Position numbers and translations under genes: made by a program
The notes under the pieces: model-generated
The model's input: the letters and a program-made list of their open reading frames with translations, nothing else
What the model was told of the DNA's origin: nothing
Database searches by the model: none
Shown: positions 1-12,873 of the stretch, piece after piece
Numbering within the stretch: position 1 is the first letter of the stretch
Layout: each line of letters opens with the position of its first letter
Assembly (NCBI RefSeq): GCF_009914755.1
Contig: NC_060931.1
Origin: the human T2T-CHM13v2.0 reference genome, Homo sapiens
Length of the DNA: 64,000 bases
Reading direction: 5' to 3' (one strand)

Positions 1-310
<310 letters not shown>

Positions 311-2399
311 TTAATGTTTAGGGGTTGCATCTATTTTATTGTTCTTTTTTAAAGATGTAATCAATGAGTAGAATATTTTACAGCTCAAAACTGGAAGAGC
401 TTAATAATAAATGTGAGACAAATAATACACGGACCCTATCTTAGTAAAGAAAGTCATCATCATCCTCAGATGCCTTTAGAAAAGACTCTTTTCATCTAGC
501 ATAATAGTATACTATTAACAAGTTTATCTAGTTTAATCTGGGCATAACATGTGAAAATGTCATTTTTCCAATGATAGAAACAGAATTGTATTGTTTTCAC
601 CAAGAAACAAACATATGTTTCAGTAAAAAAGAGAAAATTGAACTGCTTTCCTTTAAGTACCTATAAAAATTTTAACGTAAGATTATAAGTAAAATGAGGC
701 TTGTTAAGCTTCTAGAAATCAGATTAAGATATTTAAAATAAAAACATAACTGTGGGTCTCAGGTTCTCAACTCAGGCTTCATTTTCTCCTTACATTTGTC
801 CTTTATATTTCCAAAAGTTCTTCAGAACTAAAAATGTGTACTAAATAAGGACCAGCTTCAGATTCATCGGTGTCTATAGGTTTCCTAGTAATACGGCCAT
901 TAAAAATAAATTCCAAAGCCAGAATGAACAATGACTTTATCAAGGCCCCTCTGAGTGAGAGACTAGCTTTGTAATGTAGTGAAATTCCAGGCATGCCAGG
1001 TTTTTCTGCGTAGTATGGGAAGCCACCCCTGAGTCTGTTCACATGCGTTCACCTCATCACCCCTTCCATACTTCTATGTGTATGCAACTCTGAGGTTTGA
1101 ATTTTAGAAACTGGAAATCTTACAAAGCAAAATGTGTGGCAATTAATAAGATTGAATATGGCAAATTCTTAATGATCTGGGGAACAACAGTTTTTAAGTC
1201 TGGGAATAACATGTGAAACCAGCAGCTACATTTCTAAGTGGCATCTCCATTCTCACTGTTGGTGAACGTTAAACTGTTGCAAATTCATTTTATTTTTAAC
1301 CTAAAAAAACTGAAATCACAAATTACTAGGAGAAATCAATCACATGACGCACTCCAAAGTTAAAGGTACGTCAGCGTCAGCTCCCCTGACTCTCTGTCAG
1401 TGGCTGATTCTCCACTCCCACCCACCAGCCATCTCGATTCTGCACTCCAGTGCTTTTCAGTCTTCTAGACTCTGCTGAACTATGAGAGAAATCTGGGGCT
1501 TCAACAAAGTCAGTGCCAACTTTTTAAACTTACCTTACCAAGTTAGAGGAAAAAACAAAACACCACGTACCATCAGAATCATTGTGTAAAAGAAAGACCA
1601 TTTTAACACCAGAAAAGAAAAAAGTACCTGACCGCACACTAAAGGATATTCCTTTCACACTGCAGACATTTGGCCTTACACATATTTCACTCCACTGAAT
1701 TTATTCTTTCTTTCTTGGCTGGCAGATAGGTGAAAACTTGTTTGCTATACTTGGGAACCATTGGTTTCGATCAAAGATAAGTTGCCTTTGGGGAAAGAGA
1801 AGTCTAATCAATAGAAAGGAGGGCAAGGAGGGATAATAGTTTGATATTTTTAGACATAGCTGATTAGGAAGTGTTTGTTTCCCTCATATGTTTTAGGATC
1901 TCACCAAGAGGGATACGTTTTTAATACTCAGGATGAGATTAGCCCAAGCCATTCTGTTTTTATAAATTAATCTATTTTGCTTGTCGAACTTTGTTCCTAC
2001 ATTTTTACTCCTCTACTACAGGGAGAGTTAGTGAAGTCTTTTCTTTAGTTTTCATGCACCTTTTGGGTGTGTTGACGAGTGAAAAGGGACCCTCTTTCTG
2101 TGAAGAGGAATGCTTGCATACACTGCAGGTTTCTTTTCACAAAGTTGTGTTGCTCTAAGATGTCACTGACACATTCCTAACAAAACCCAACCACAGCAGT
2201 GATGTCGTGCTACAATGTAGATCCTTTCAGCTATATTGAAGTCTTGTGGTAAGAATTGAAAAGGTCAGATGTTGAGTTTTGTACCCTTAGGTAAGTGTCA
2301 GAGAATAAAAATTCACTCAGAAATGCCTGTGTCAGAGAGGGTGTTTGAGTTGTCTCGGGATGATACAGTAGTCCTCGAACACTTATTCATTCAGATTTT

Positions 2400-3100
2400 G
2401 AGGAACGCAGATCAAAGAGGCCTGGAAAGGTCACTCAAGCTGTTCTACTAATACCTAGCACCGGTGTGTACAGAAAGTCCACAGTGTTGCCCAGAATGCA
2501 GCGGCTAGGCCTGACTGCCTTTGATCCTTATCTAGAAACTCTGCTAGCATATGTCATATGATTGAGGTAGGGTCTTTTATTGCTGCAATTAAAACTTCTC
2601 AAGTGCATTATATTATCTCCGCCCCAGCTAAAAGTCCCAGACATTGTTTAGAAAGTGGGGTGAGTGATTTGTCAGATGCTGGGGCGGCTTTAGGGGCTGC
2701 TGGCTCCCACACCCTCCAGCACAAGATTTCTCTGACTTTTTTCATTTACATCTCACCAAACAGCATAATGGTCTTAAAGTTTGCTTAGTCCTTTGACTTC
2801 CTTTATCACATAGAGATGGCAAACATTCTGTTGCTAACTTGAAGTGGCTCCAAGCAGCAGGACTGGAAGGATATTAAACCAGTAAAAGCTTATCAACTGA
2901 TTCATTGATATGCTGTAAATTCCAGGCTTTTCATTTTGCTTTTGAGGGCGGCCATAAGTCAACACATTAGTAAGCAATTTGCTGACATCAAGATGGATCA
3001 CTTAAAAAGCCCTCCTGAGTAGACAGAGTTCACCTGGGTGCTTTTGTTAGTATATTTTTTTTAAATGTTTAGCCAGCTTGTTACTTGTAAATGACCAGTA
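2400..3100. promoter_or_regulatory. Candidate SHH endoderm enhancer MACS1 in an RNF32 intron
   Basis: Repeat-free segment with TCF sites (AGATCAAAG 2409, CCTTTGATC 2518), FOX sites (TGTTTAG, GTTTGCTT, GCAAACA), GATA sites and a DR1-like AGTCCTTTGACTT (2787-2799). MACS1 is known to lie in a distal Rnf32 intron. Boundaries approximate. Confidence 0.6.
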
Positions 3101-4681
3101 ATTGTTTTACATATCAATAACTCAAACTCTTATTTAGTTTATCAAGTATCTGATATGTGAGGCTTAAAAGGAAAAATTACACTAAGACATTCATTCTTTG
3201 TAAAATTGAAAATGTTTAGGTATTTTGTCTGTTTCTGTAAAATTCATAATATCAACCACTTGTTTAAAAACTAGAAGTCAGTTGTCATTTGTTTTTGACA
3301 GTTCTTGCCCTTTCAGTTACTAAGGTCATCTAACCCACATAAAAAGCGAGGGAGTAAATAAAGGAATAAAGAAAGCTGCACACGGAAGAATCTGACAATT
3401 AAAAATATCTAATAGTAGCTGCCCATAGGATAGTACTTTGAATTAACTACAATAGTTAATAAATGTTGATTTGACTTCTAAAAGTACCACCCTTGCTAAC
3501 TTCTGAATACTCAAAGCTGTAAGAATATTCATCCAAGTTCACTGTTTAAATTTGTCATAAATGTCTATGGAAGGACTTTCAGTATATTTATTAATAAGCT
3601 AATGTCAATGTTATGATTATAAGCTAAAGTTGACGTTTTACTGAATTTTGACGCTGAAAGTAACTTGAAAATCATTTTAGGTAGGCAGTGTTTTTTCTTA
3701 GTTCCCCCAAAAAGGATTTCTACTGCACTCCTTTGGAATATGTACATTTGAGGCATATATTTGCTCTCATTTCTCATCTGTTGCAAACCTAAAGTCAAAA
3801 TTTCTTGAATGCTAAGGGCCTTACAAAGATGAATTGGTGCTTCCCTGAATCTAAGGCACTCATTCAAGGAGATAAGCAGTGCACACAGGAAAAAGTTAAC
3901 ACTGGGCAGCTGACGTGTGTGGAATGAAAGGAGCAGCAGCGCCCTGTGAGAGCTCAGAGAAGAGAGGTCACCTCCAGCCCAGGTACCTGGGACACATGGA
4001 TCCCACCAGTCATTCATGTGCAGTCAAGGAAACAGAAAAATCTAACAGTGATTCACTGAACTGAGTCAACAAGTTTGGCCAGACCATAAGATTCACACAG
4101 GAAAGGAAGGAACAAGAAGGAAGGAGGGTGGCCCATGGGGAGTGACCTGGGAGAGTGTTCCCAGAGGACAGAGGCTGTTGAGGGGAGGCGGGTGGAGCCG
4201 GGCTCCAGTGACTTGCACCTGTGGGTCTTGCCACCCTGCTTCCCTCTGCCTCTGTGTCCTCACTCCTTCCTTCCCAGGTCCCCGTCCCACTGGCTGCATC
4301 TGCCCAGAGCGCCTTGTAGGCTGACTTCCCAAGAAGCCTGGCGATCCCTCCCTCACTCCGTGTCTCCCGGAGTCCAGTGCCACAGCAGCACGCTTTCCAT
4401 CGTCAGCGGGGCTTTTCTTGCTACACGGGAGCTCTCTGTTAAAGGAACCAGTGTTTGTCATCCAGACCATCAGGCTAGCACAGTGCCTGTTCTATGGCAG
4501 CTGAGCAATTCCCCAACTCTTTTCACCCCAGCCCCTTTAGAAACTTGTCATTCACCATGCGGATCCTGTAAGTGGTAAATTTAAGTTAAAATTATTTACT
4601 TTAGATTGATTAAAATGCATATTAATAGTCTTTAACCACCATTACATATAAAGGGAATTGTTTTTCTCATTGAGGAAATGC

Positions 4682-4687
4682 TTTAAT
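4682..4687 (-). terminator. ATTAAA poly(A) signal of the candidate distal LMBR1 isoform
   Basis: tttaat on +; about 250 nt past the alternative stop, with an upstream UGUA (+ taca near 4745). Confidence 0.5.
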
Positions 4688-4937
4688 TCCTCTTAAGGAA
4701 GAAAAAAGTATGAATTGTTAATAAGTGTAAAAATGATATTTGGTTACATAGGGTAAGTGGATAGTAAAATATAAATTAGACTCAACTGCATGAAAAGTCT
4801 ATGCGAACTGCTTTCATGGACTGGCACTTGGAGTTGTGTACTTTGTGAGCCTTCATTGTAAAGGGTGTGCTGACCAGCCCCTCTGGGCAGACACAGGTGC
4901 AAGGGCCCAGGTGTGAGCACCCAGCCGGCGTGCCTGT

Positions 4938-5002
4938 CTAGGTGCATGTGGAGGCCGCTCGGGTGGTTCGCGCCTGCTGCAGGGCACGCTTCCTGCAGGG
5001 AG
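4938..5002 (-). CDS. LMBR1: Candidate alternative terminal coding exon of LMBR1, (A)PCRKRALQQARTTRAASTCT*
   Basis: Minus-strand acceptor ...ttattatttgtctctccccag|CT; phase 1 matches the exon 16 donor; TAG at 4938-4940; ATTAAA at 4687-4682. Confidence 0.65.
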
Positions 5003-5589
5003 CTGGGGAGAGACAAATAATAAAATATTTTGTTACAATTTTCAAGAATAAGTGCCAGGAAGAAAAATGCAAAGAGAGGAAGGGGAGAGAGAGTGAAGTG
5101 AGGGGTGAGATGTTTGAAATAAGGTGGAAATGTCTGAGGAGATGCACCCTGAACCCAAATGGAGGAACCGTGCCGTTCCCTGGAACCTCTGTCCAGGCAG
5201 AGGGCAGCACGGCTTAGCATGTGGGAGGGGCAGGCTGGCAGAGTGTGAGCCGCTGGGCACAGGTGACCCTTCCAGGACCCAGACCCCTGTGAGGCCCTGA
5301 GCTGGGCGCTGAGCAGATAGGTCATTTTCAAGAGGGCGACCCACAGCCACGTGAACACTGGAAACTGCCCTCAGAGCCCCGGGGATGCGAGGTCAGCAGC
5401 TGGGACCCAGACCAAAGAGGGTGAAGAGGGCAGGGCTGGGACTCCCAGGGAGAAGGGGCCATGGCTGGGCCCCTCCAGCACAGGCGCTTCCTGGGAGCCT
5501 CTGCAGGGCGTGCCCATGGAGGGGAGGCTCAAAATAACCAGATGAGACGTGCAGTTGGGCCTGCAGCACGCAGGGCTTGGGGACTCTGT

Positions 5590-6110
5590 TCCAGGTGACA
5601 GGAGGGCGGGCGGTCATGGCCTAGTGCCATGAAAATGAAACACAGATCCCTGTTTAAAAGAAAGAAAACATGGGAAAGTGCCATCCAAGTACTAAAAGTA
5701 TAAAGCTGTATGTACTTCTGTGGCCTCTCTCTCCAGTGGTCATGTAGTTTTTTTTATTTGCTGTTTATTTAATGTTATTCTAAGAAAAAATTAAATTATA
5801 AATTTTATGACTTTCACAGTGCATCTTTACACCAGAATGTCAGTTTTAAGTGCAAATATTAGAGCATTTAAGTCATACGTGGAATCACCAAAAGCACACA
5901 ATTCGTATTTCCCACCCACTAGGGCACACACATTTCCTTCTTTGCAGAGGAGCTGGATGCTAAGCACGGCTGGCTCTACTGTTTTGACTTTGGCTCTTGA
6001 TACACACACATTCTAGTCAGGCCCTGCCTTCAGCTCACTGAGGAGTCAGGTCTGCAAGGGGGGCCCTGCGTTTTGCATCCCCTGGAAAGCGGGTCCAGGG
6101 AAGTGACTTG
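5590..6110. mobile_element. hAT-Tip100 DNA transposon remnant (MER45-like)
   Basis: AATGTCAGTTTTAAGTGCAAATATTAGAGCATTTAAGTCATACGTGGAATCACCAAAA resembles MER45B/R as recalled. Confidence 0.5.
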
Positions 6111-6139
6111 CCTAAGAGAGGATGTGGCGCAGGATGTCA

Positions 6140-7720
6140 CTGTCAGAATTTGAAGAGAAAAGAGAACACGTGGGACAGAGGCAACAGCTTGAAGCAACAA
6201 AGGCTAAGAATTTTCCAGATCTGAAGAAGATACAAGCCACAGATTTAAGAAGCCCAAGGAAGCCCAATATGATTTTGTTTTAAGTGTCTAGTGAGCCTGC
6301 AGAACACAAAGCACGGAGTCATCTTGGAAGTGGCCAGGAACGAGGACAGACGATGGCAAACCCTGGGACCTGCAGATTTCCCAGTGGGAGCGGCAGAAGG
6401 TGAGATGGCATCTCCGTGTGTCGGGAGAGACCTAACCGCCAGTCTAGACTCCCATGTGAACCAAATGAAAGTTACATTCAAGACGAGAGGCAAAAGAAAA
6501 GCCAGACAAAAAGTGTGCCACTAGAACGTCTTCGTTAAAGGAAATTCTAAAGGATGCCTTGCATGAGGAAGGAAAATGGCCCCAGACGGGAAATCTGAGA
6601 TGTCAGTGGTAAAAATGTGAGTAAATCTAATAGACATTGATTCCACCGAACAAGAAAACTCATGTCTCAGGTTAAAAGAGAGAGAGAGCTTATGACAAAA
6701 ATAACATAAAGCAGGAGAGGAAAATTAAGTATGCTCAGATCCTTGTATTGGTTCGAGGGATAAAAATTCCAATTTAGACCTTAATAATGTAAGTATGCAC
6801 TTCTAGGGCAATAGCTAAAAGAATAGAAACAGAGTTTTAACCTTCAAAACAGTAAAGAGAATGAATAGAAAACTTTAATTGAAAAGAGCAAAAATTAAGA
6901 AACCAATGGCAGGGCAGATGGAAGACAGAGCAGGATGGGTGCACCGTTTGTCTGTCAGTAACAACACAAAGCGGACTGAGTGCTCCAGCACCAATCAGAT
7001 CATGTATGTGTTACTCAGAAGAGATGCCTGAAAACGCGAACAGTGTGTGTGTGAGTGTGGTAACATATTATATGTACTATAATATACACATAAGCTCTTT
7101 ACAGAAGAAAGCTGATGTGCTGATACCTGACAAAAGAGATTCTAAAGCAAAGGCATCATTAGAGATAATGGTGTAGAACACCACACCGAGCAACGGCAGC
7201 ACATATTTTCTTTCAAAGTACAAATATATCATTACAAAAACTGACCATACGCTTGTCCATGATGCAGATGTCATCATAGGTCGAGACATTTATGTTTTAT
7301 AAGTTCAGCTTCTAGATTCGGGGGTGCCTGTGCAGGTTTGTCACTGGGTGTACTGCAGGGCGCCGATGTTTGCGGTACAGGCGGTCCTGTCGCCCAGCTC
7401 ATGAGCACAGTCCCCAACAGTTAGTTTTTCAGCCCGTGTCCCTCCCCAGTCGTCCTAGTATCTCATGTCACCATCTTTATGTCCACGTACTTGAAGAAAC
7501 TTAAGTCGTGTAGAGTATGTTCCCTGACCACGGTGCAGCTGAGGCTAGAAATAAATTTTTTTTAAAAAAATAGAACTATCTCACGTTTGAAAATAAACAG
7601 TTCTAAATAACGTATTAATCGAAGACAAAATTATAATGGAAATGAGAAGAAATTTCAGTTGAATAGCAAAAGTACATATCAAAACTTGTGGAATGGAATA
7701 TTTCATCAAAACTTGTGGAA
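6140..7720 (+). mobile_element. Ancient L1 (L1M-type) ORF1/ORF2-endonuclease fragments
   Basis: A-rich decayed L1 motifs: GCTAAGAATTTTCCAGATCTGAAGAAGA, AAAACTGACCATA, CATATCAAAACTTGTGG. Confidence 0.6.
7288..7490 (-). mobile_element. L1PB-like 3' UTR fragment inserted in the older L1
   Basis: TAGATTCGGGGGTGCCTGTGCAGGTTTGT...TAGTTTTTCAGCCC matches the reverse complement of an L1PB 3' end. Confidence 0.65.
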
Positions 7721-8474
7721 AGGAATATTTGCGTCTGCCATGCTAGGTTTTCTTCTGTGGATCAAACACCTGAGTGTGGAATTAGTTTGTGATTCTTATG
7801 TATATTAAAATATCCTAAGCATTTATTTGCTTTCTTGCTATATTACACCAGTTACCATTAAGACTGGAGCACTAAGTGTTAAGGGCCACCCTCCCTGAGA
7901 TTTATTTGGTATATATGCAAAACTGACAAGTCTGTTTCTTTCAACAAGTGCCTACTATGGTCGGTGCGTGTACTGAGCTCTTGAGAGGGTTTAAAGGCAG
8001 GGTGTGACGACGACAGGTGCAAAACCCTTTAAAAACCCTGGATGCTATTACCAGCGTTAAGAACAGTCCTGGCCCCAGGACTAATAAAGGAGATAGGACC
8101 TGTATGCCACAGTGACTGAGGCAGAAGGAGGCAATAGGTGACATCAGTATTGGACCTCAGGGTCTTTGTCATCAATAGGGCCACTTAGGAGTCACCCAAC
8201 ACAGTTGTTCAGAGCATATGAGCTCTATTTCCATCTAAAGTGTTTGAAGGAAAATGTACTTTAAAAAGTCCTAATGATGCTGTCTTTGGAAGTTTATCTT
8301 GAGCTAAGTAACTCATTTATGTAACATCAGGACAGCTGGGATTGCTCCAGGCATCCTGTAGAGAGAGCGATACACTCACGTATGATAGAATATATGCACA
8401 CACAGGTGACACTGTAACATAAATGCATATAGATGTACATACATATTTATATGTGGCCCGCACACTTACTCTGT

Positions 8475-8600
8475 TCCTCTCTCAAGTGGCTTCTGAAAGC
8501 GCACGCACAGCGATACCCATGCTTGGAGTTGGGAGGTGACACCTCCAGGAATGATAACTAATGCTGTGTTAAATAACTTTGCATATTTAAAAATGTGATC
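8475..8600 (-). mobile_element. Fossil pogo/Tc2-type DDE transposase fragment
   Basis: Translation NTALVIIPGGVTSQLQ resembles the DDE_1 motif IPGGxTSxLQPLD. Confidence 0.6.
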
Positions 8601-8614
8601 GGTAACTTCTATGA

Positions 8615-8797
8615 CCGTGGTTCTTAAACCTGAATGGGCCTCAGAATCACCTGGAGGGCTGTAAAGCATATCGCAGGGCTCACCCCGCGGACTGTGGCCT
8701 CGGCAGGCCCGGGGCGAAGCCTGAAAAGCTCTGCTTTTCTCACAGATTCCCAGGAGCTGAGGCTGCGGGGTCTGGGCCCCACCTTGAGAATAAACAC
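8615..8797. mobile_element. MER5A-like hAT-Charlie MITE
   Basis: CCGTGGTTCTTAAACCT...TCAGAATCACCTGGAGGGCT...CCACCTTGAGAA with degenerate terminal inverted repeats. Confidence 0.75.
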
Positions 8798-10297
8798 CCA
8801 GATCATATCGATCATTTCATTCAATTGATCAGTCATTCCAAATAGTACTTTTATGTCCAAAACTAATCTCAGAACATACCTCACAAGTTGAAACACTTTG
8901 CAAGGTCTGGACTAGAATGTGACCCTTTTTCTGAGGTATAATTTTGAAGGAAGAAAAGATCTTGCTTTTCAGGCATATGTGGAAAGTATCTCACACTTAA
9001 AAACAATTTACAGAAAACCTGAATTACAAAGCATCAATTGGAGGTAACTGTGTATATTTCCAAGTAATTTTTCCTTTTACAATGTATAGAGAACTCTTCT
9101 ACTTTCAATAATTTATTTAGATATTATTAGATATTTGAAAGGCCAAGGAATAAAGAAAATTAAAATTAAAGCCTTAGGAAACGTTACCGATTCAAGACCC
9201 TAAATTAAGATACAGCTGCTTGGCAATTATAATTACATTCAGAGTGAAAGAGAATTTGACTCATAAATAGAAAAGCAGCTTCCACCAGGCTTCCAAGTAC
9301 GGCTAATCCCAAAACACAGGTGCCTGGAAGATCCTCAGCCACCCCCTTCATTCAAACCCCAACCCTTGTGGACTGCCTGCTGTGTTCACAGAATGTTCTT
9401 TACTCAAAAGGACCTCTCATCCTTAAAGCCAATACTCATTCTTCTAACATCCCAGGGAGAAAGGCAGCTCATAGTCTCCACAGCACTCGACCCTGCGCTG
9501 TCTCACGATCTTTTTGCAGAAGGGAGAGAATTGGAAGAGAACTCCATGTCCTCAAAGGCACCTTCAGAAGTCTGGTGATTTAAATACACACTACGTTCTG
9601 CCAGGTTGCTCCACATTAATAAAAAAAAAAGAAAAGAAAAAGTGAACGTGAGGACTCCAGTAGACTAGAATATTTGAAACCTGGACAGTCATGGACCATC
9701 CAAAATGCATTTTCCCCATCACATATCTAAATGTGTGAGATCTCCACGGGACTTGTTCATTTCATCCTTCTTTGTGCTTCAAGCCGGATTCCATGAAGCA
9801 GATGTAACTGCTGAATCAGCACTTCTCACTGCTGGACAAATAACCCCCCGAATTTCAGTGACTGAAAGCCAGAGCTTCGGTCTCATAGGACAGTTCAGGT
9901 GTCCTGGCTTGCAGGCAACATGCCAGCCTGTGGGGCTCGGGAACTGTCTCCCTCTGCCCTTTATCTGCCACCCCCCGGGCCTGGAGAACACCCAGAAGAG
10001 ACATGAGCCACGTCCATCTGGAAGAACTACTTCACGTGGCCCCACCTGGGCATGGGGGAATGGGAAATGTCATCTCTGGGTGAGCCACAGCTCTGTACTT
10101 GAAAGGACAAGCAAGAGGGCAGGAAGTGTGGCTGACAGTCACCATTGGCACAACCTTTTACACACCTTATTCTCCTTTGCTTTACACTCTTCACATGTAC
10201 TAAAAAGGAGCCGCTGGTGTGGCCCTGAATGAGCCACCTACCCGTGCCTCAGATGACACCGGTGGCCACTCTGTAATGACTCAGACCTTTCTAGTGT

Positions 10298-10420
10298 AGG
10301 ATGGCTTGAGCCCGGGAGGCCGAGGCTGAGTGAGCATTGATGGCCCCAAGCACTCCAGTTTGGGTGACAGAGCGAGATGCTGTCTCCACCAAACCAAACA
10401 AAAATACCAAAAAAAACAAA
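10298..10420 (+). mobile_element. Old Alu fragment (AluJ/FRAM right arm)
   Basis: AGGATGGCTTGAGCCCGGGAGG...CACTCCAGTTTGGGTGACAGAGCGAGA plus A-rich tail. Confidence 0.8.
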
Positions 10421-10424
10421 GTAC

Positions 10425-10583
10425 TGTATTCAATTAATAAACGTTGAAGTGATAATATTTTGGATCTGTTGGGTCAGATACAATATTAAAATTAATTTCA
10501 CCTTTTAAAAAACTTAATGTGACTGCCAGAAATTTTAAAATTACATACGTAGCTCACAGTATGTTTCTATGGGACAGAGCTGA
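10425..10583. mobile_element. MER3/MER33-like hAT-Charlie fragment
   Basis: GATAATATTTTGGAT...TTAAAATTAATTTCACC...AAATTTTAAAATTACATACGTAGCTCAC. Confidence 0.7.
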
Positions 10584-10801
10584 TCCTGCGAAATTCGAAC
10601 TTTTCTCTCAACTTTTAATTTCAAATGTGTTCCTGCTAATGGTCAAAGCTCACAACCAAGAAAACAGCAGGGGAGGGAAACAATATACCCTTTTCCCCTA
10701 CCCTCCTAAATTCTTCAGCTGGAGCCCTGTAAGTTAAGCTTAACGAGAAAATTACACGGATTTACTTAGTAAGTCCCATGTGGTATGGAAGCCTTCCTAA
10801 G

Positions 10802-10877
10802 GCAGCGCAGACCGGAAGAGATAGTGCAGACCCGAAGAGGCAGCGGCGACCCGAAGGGGCAGCGGAGACCCGAAGAG
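10802..10877. repeat. 19-bp minisatellite, 4 copies
   Basis: gcagcgcagaccggaagag / atagtgcagacccgaagag / gcagcggcgacccgaaggg / gcagcggagacccgaagag. Confidence 0.9.
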
Positions 10878-11381
10878 ACAGTAACGCCTGAGCGCTTTCT
10901 ATGCTAGGTTGGATGAGGACACAGAGGTCGTGGGGAAGCATGACAGGACAAGGGGTGAGCTGAGGGTGGTCGGTGGGAACCACGGCAAGGCCTGTGTGCT
11001 GTCTCCTCCCGGCTCCCTCCGTCTTTGGAGACGAGGGTGCCTCTCACAGGAGGGTCCTGTGACCCACTTTAGGGGTGGGGAGAGGTCAGACGGTCCCTCC
11101 TGCAGCTGTCATTTCTCAAATTCCTTTGGGAAGGAATGTTTTTTCCTTAAAATATTCAGTATGCCAAGGTGCCGTATTTTGGGGTAGTGTGTTCTGGACT
11201 CCATCAGATAGGGGTTCTTGTGGTCATCTGTCCAGATTATCTGGATTTATAGTTAAGTAAAATAGACATATATCTATTTCCCTAAAAAGTATTATTCGAA
11301 GACAGAGACGAGGAAGGTTACCAAAATAGATGGTCAGGCTCGAGAGCGCTTCCCTGCAACCTCCACCGAGCTCAGGTGTGA

Positions 11382-11783
<402 letters not shown>

Positions 11784-12071
11784 AACCGCTGCCCTAGCTG
11801 CCCCTGCACCTGTGGTAGGACTTTCCTCATGGGCTTTAGGGTGACGGCAAAGGTCCCTTCAGTTTGAAATTCTGGAAGTTCCTGTTGGATGTTGCTTATC
11901 ACAGGTGGGTTACTAACCCTTTCCACAGTTCCCAGGAGTAACAGAGTATATGTGTGTGTATATATATATGTATATATATAAATAAAATGCATGTGATTTT
12001 AACACAGAATGAAACTTCCGCATGTTTCGAAGACCCATGTCTCGGGGCACATGGTTCGCATTTCAGTTTAA

Positions 12072-12368
<297 letters not shown>

Positions 12369-12796
12369 ATTCATAGTCAAGGAAAGTTAGGTAATTCTGA
12401 GGAAAAAAGTTTACCATCATTTTGGATGAACTGCATGAGTTCTGGGTTAAGTACTACAATGTAATCTGTTTCCCAGGGAAATAAGCTATTGGTAGTTGTA
12501 GGAAATCTTAGTATATTTTAAAAGCTGACATCCCACCTAATTTTAATCTTTGGTCTCTAAAAAGTAAATTTCAAATTTATGAGTTTAATCACTTCAAATA
12601 TGAATAGCAAAAAATGAGAGCTTGCTTACTTCTAAAAATTGAGGTTAAGATATAGCTAGTGTCTGAACGACACTCCTTAAAGTAAGTTCCAAATGTAAAA
12701 CACTCCTTAAGTTCCAAATGTTTTCCGCTAATAGTCTGTCCTAAAGCCTTTGCCATTCCTAATACTCGTTTTGTAATAATTGCTGTATTTCTGTGT

Positions 12797-12873
12797 AATA
12801 AAATATAAAAATAAAATATTCAGTGGTATTCAACATCAAAAAAGTGCAAATTTTAATGTCTTAGAGCAATAAA
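12797..12873 (+). terminator. RNF32: RNF32 poly(A) signal cluster
   Basis: AATAAA at 12797, 12810 and 12868, with TGTA motifs upstream. Confidence 0.8.

Noticed and set aside
4744-5358. 204-aa minus-strand ORF overlapping the alternative exon
   Set aside because: GTG start, no recognisable domain, different frame from the spliced exon; a chance ORF in GC-rich DNA
7077-7289. 70-aa hydrophobic ORF resembling a small membrane protein
   Set aside because: Antisense to an A-rich decayed L1; T-richness alone produces hydrophobic codons
12670-12720. ACACTCCTTAA...GTTCCAAATG duplication in the RNF32 3' UTR
   Set aside because: Short slippage duplication with no recognisable function
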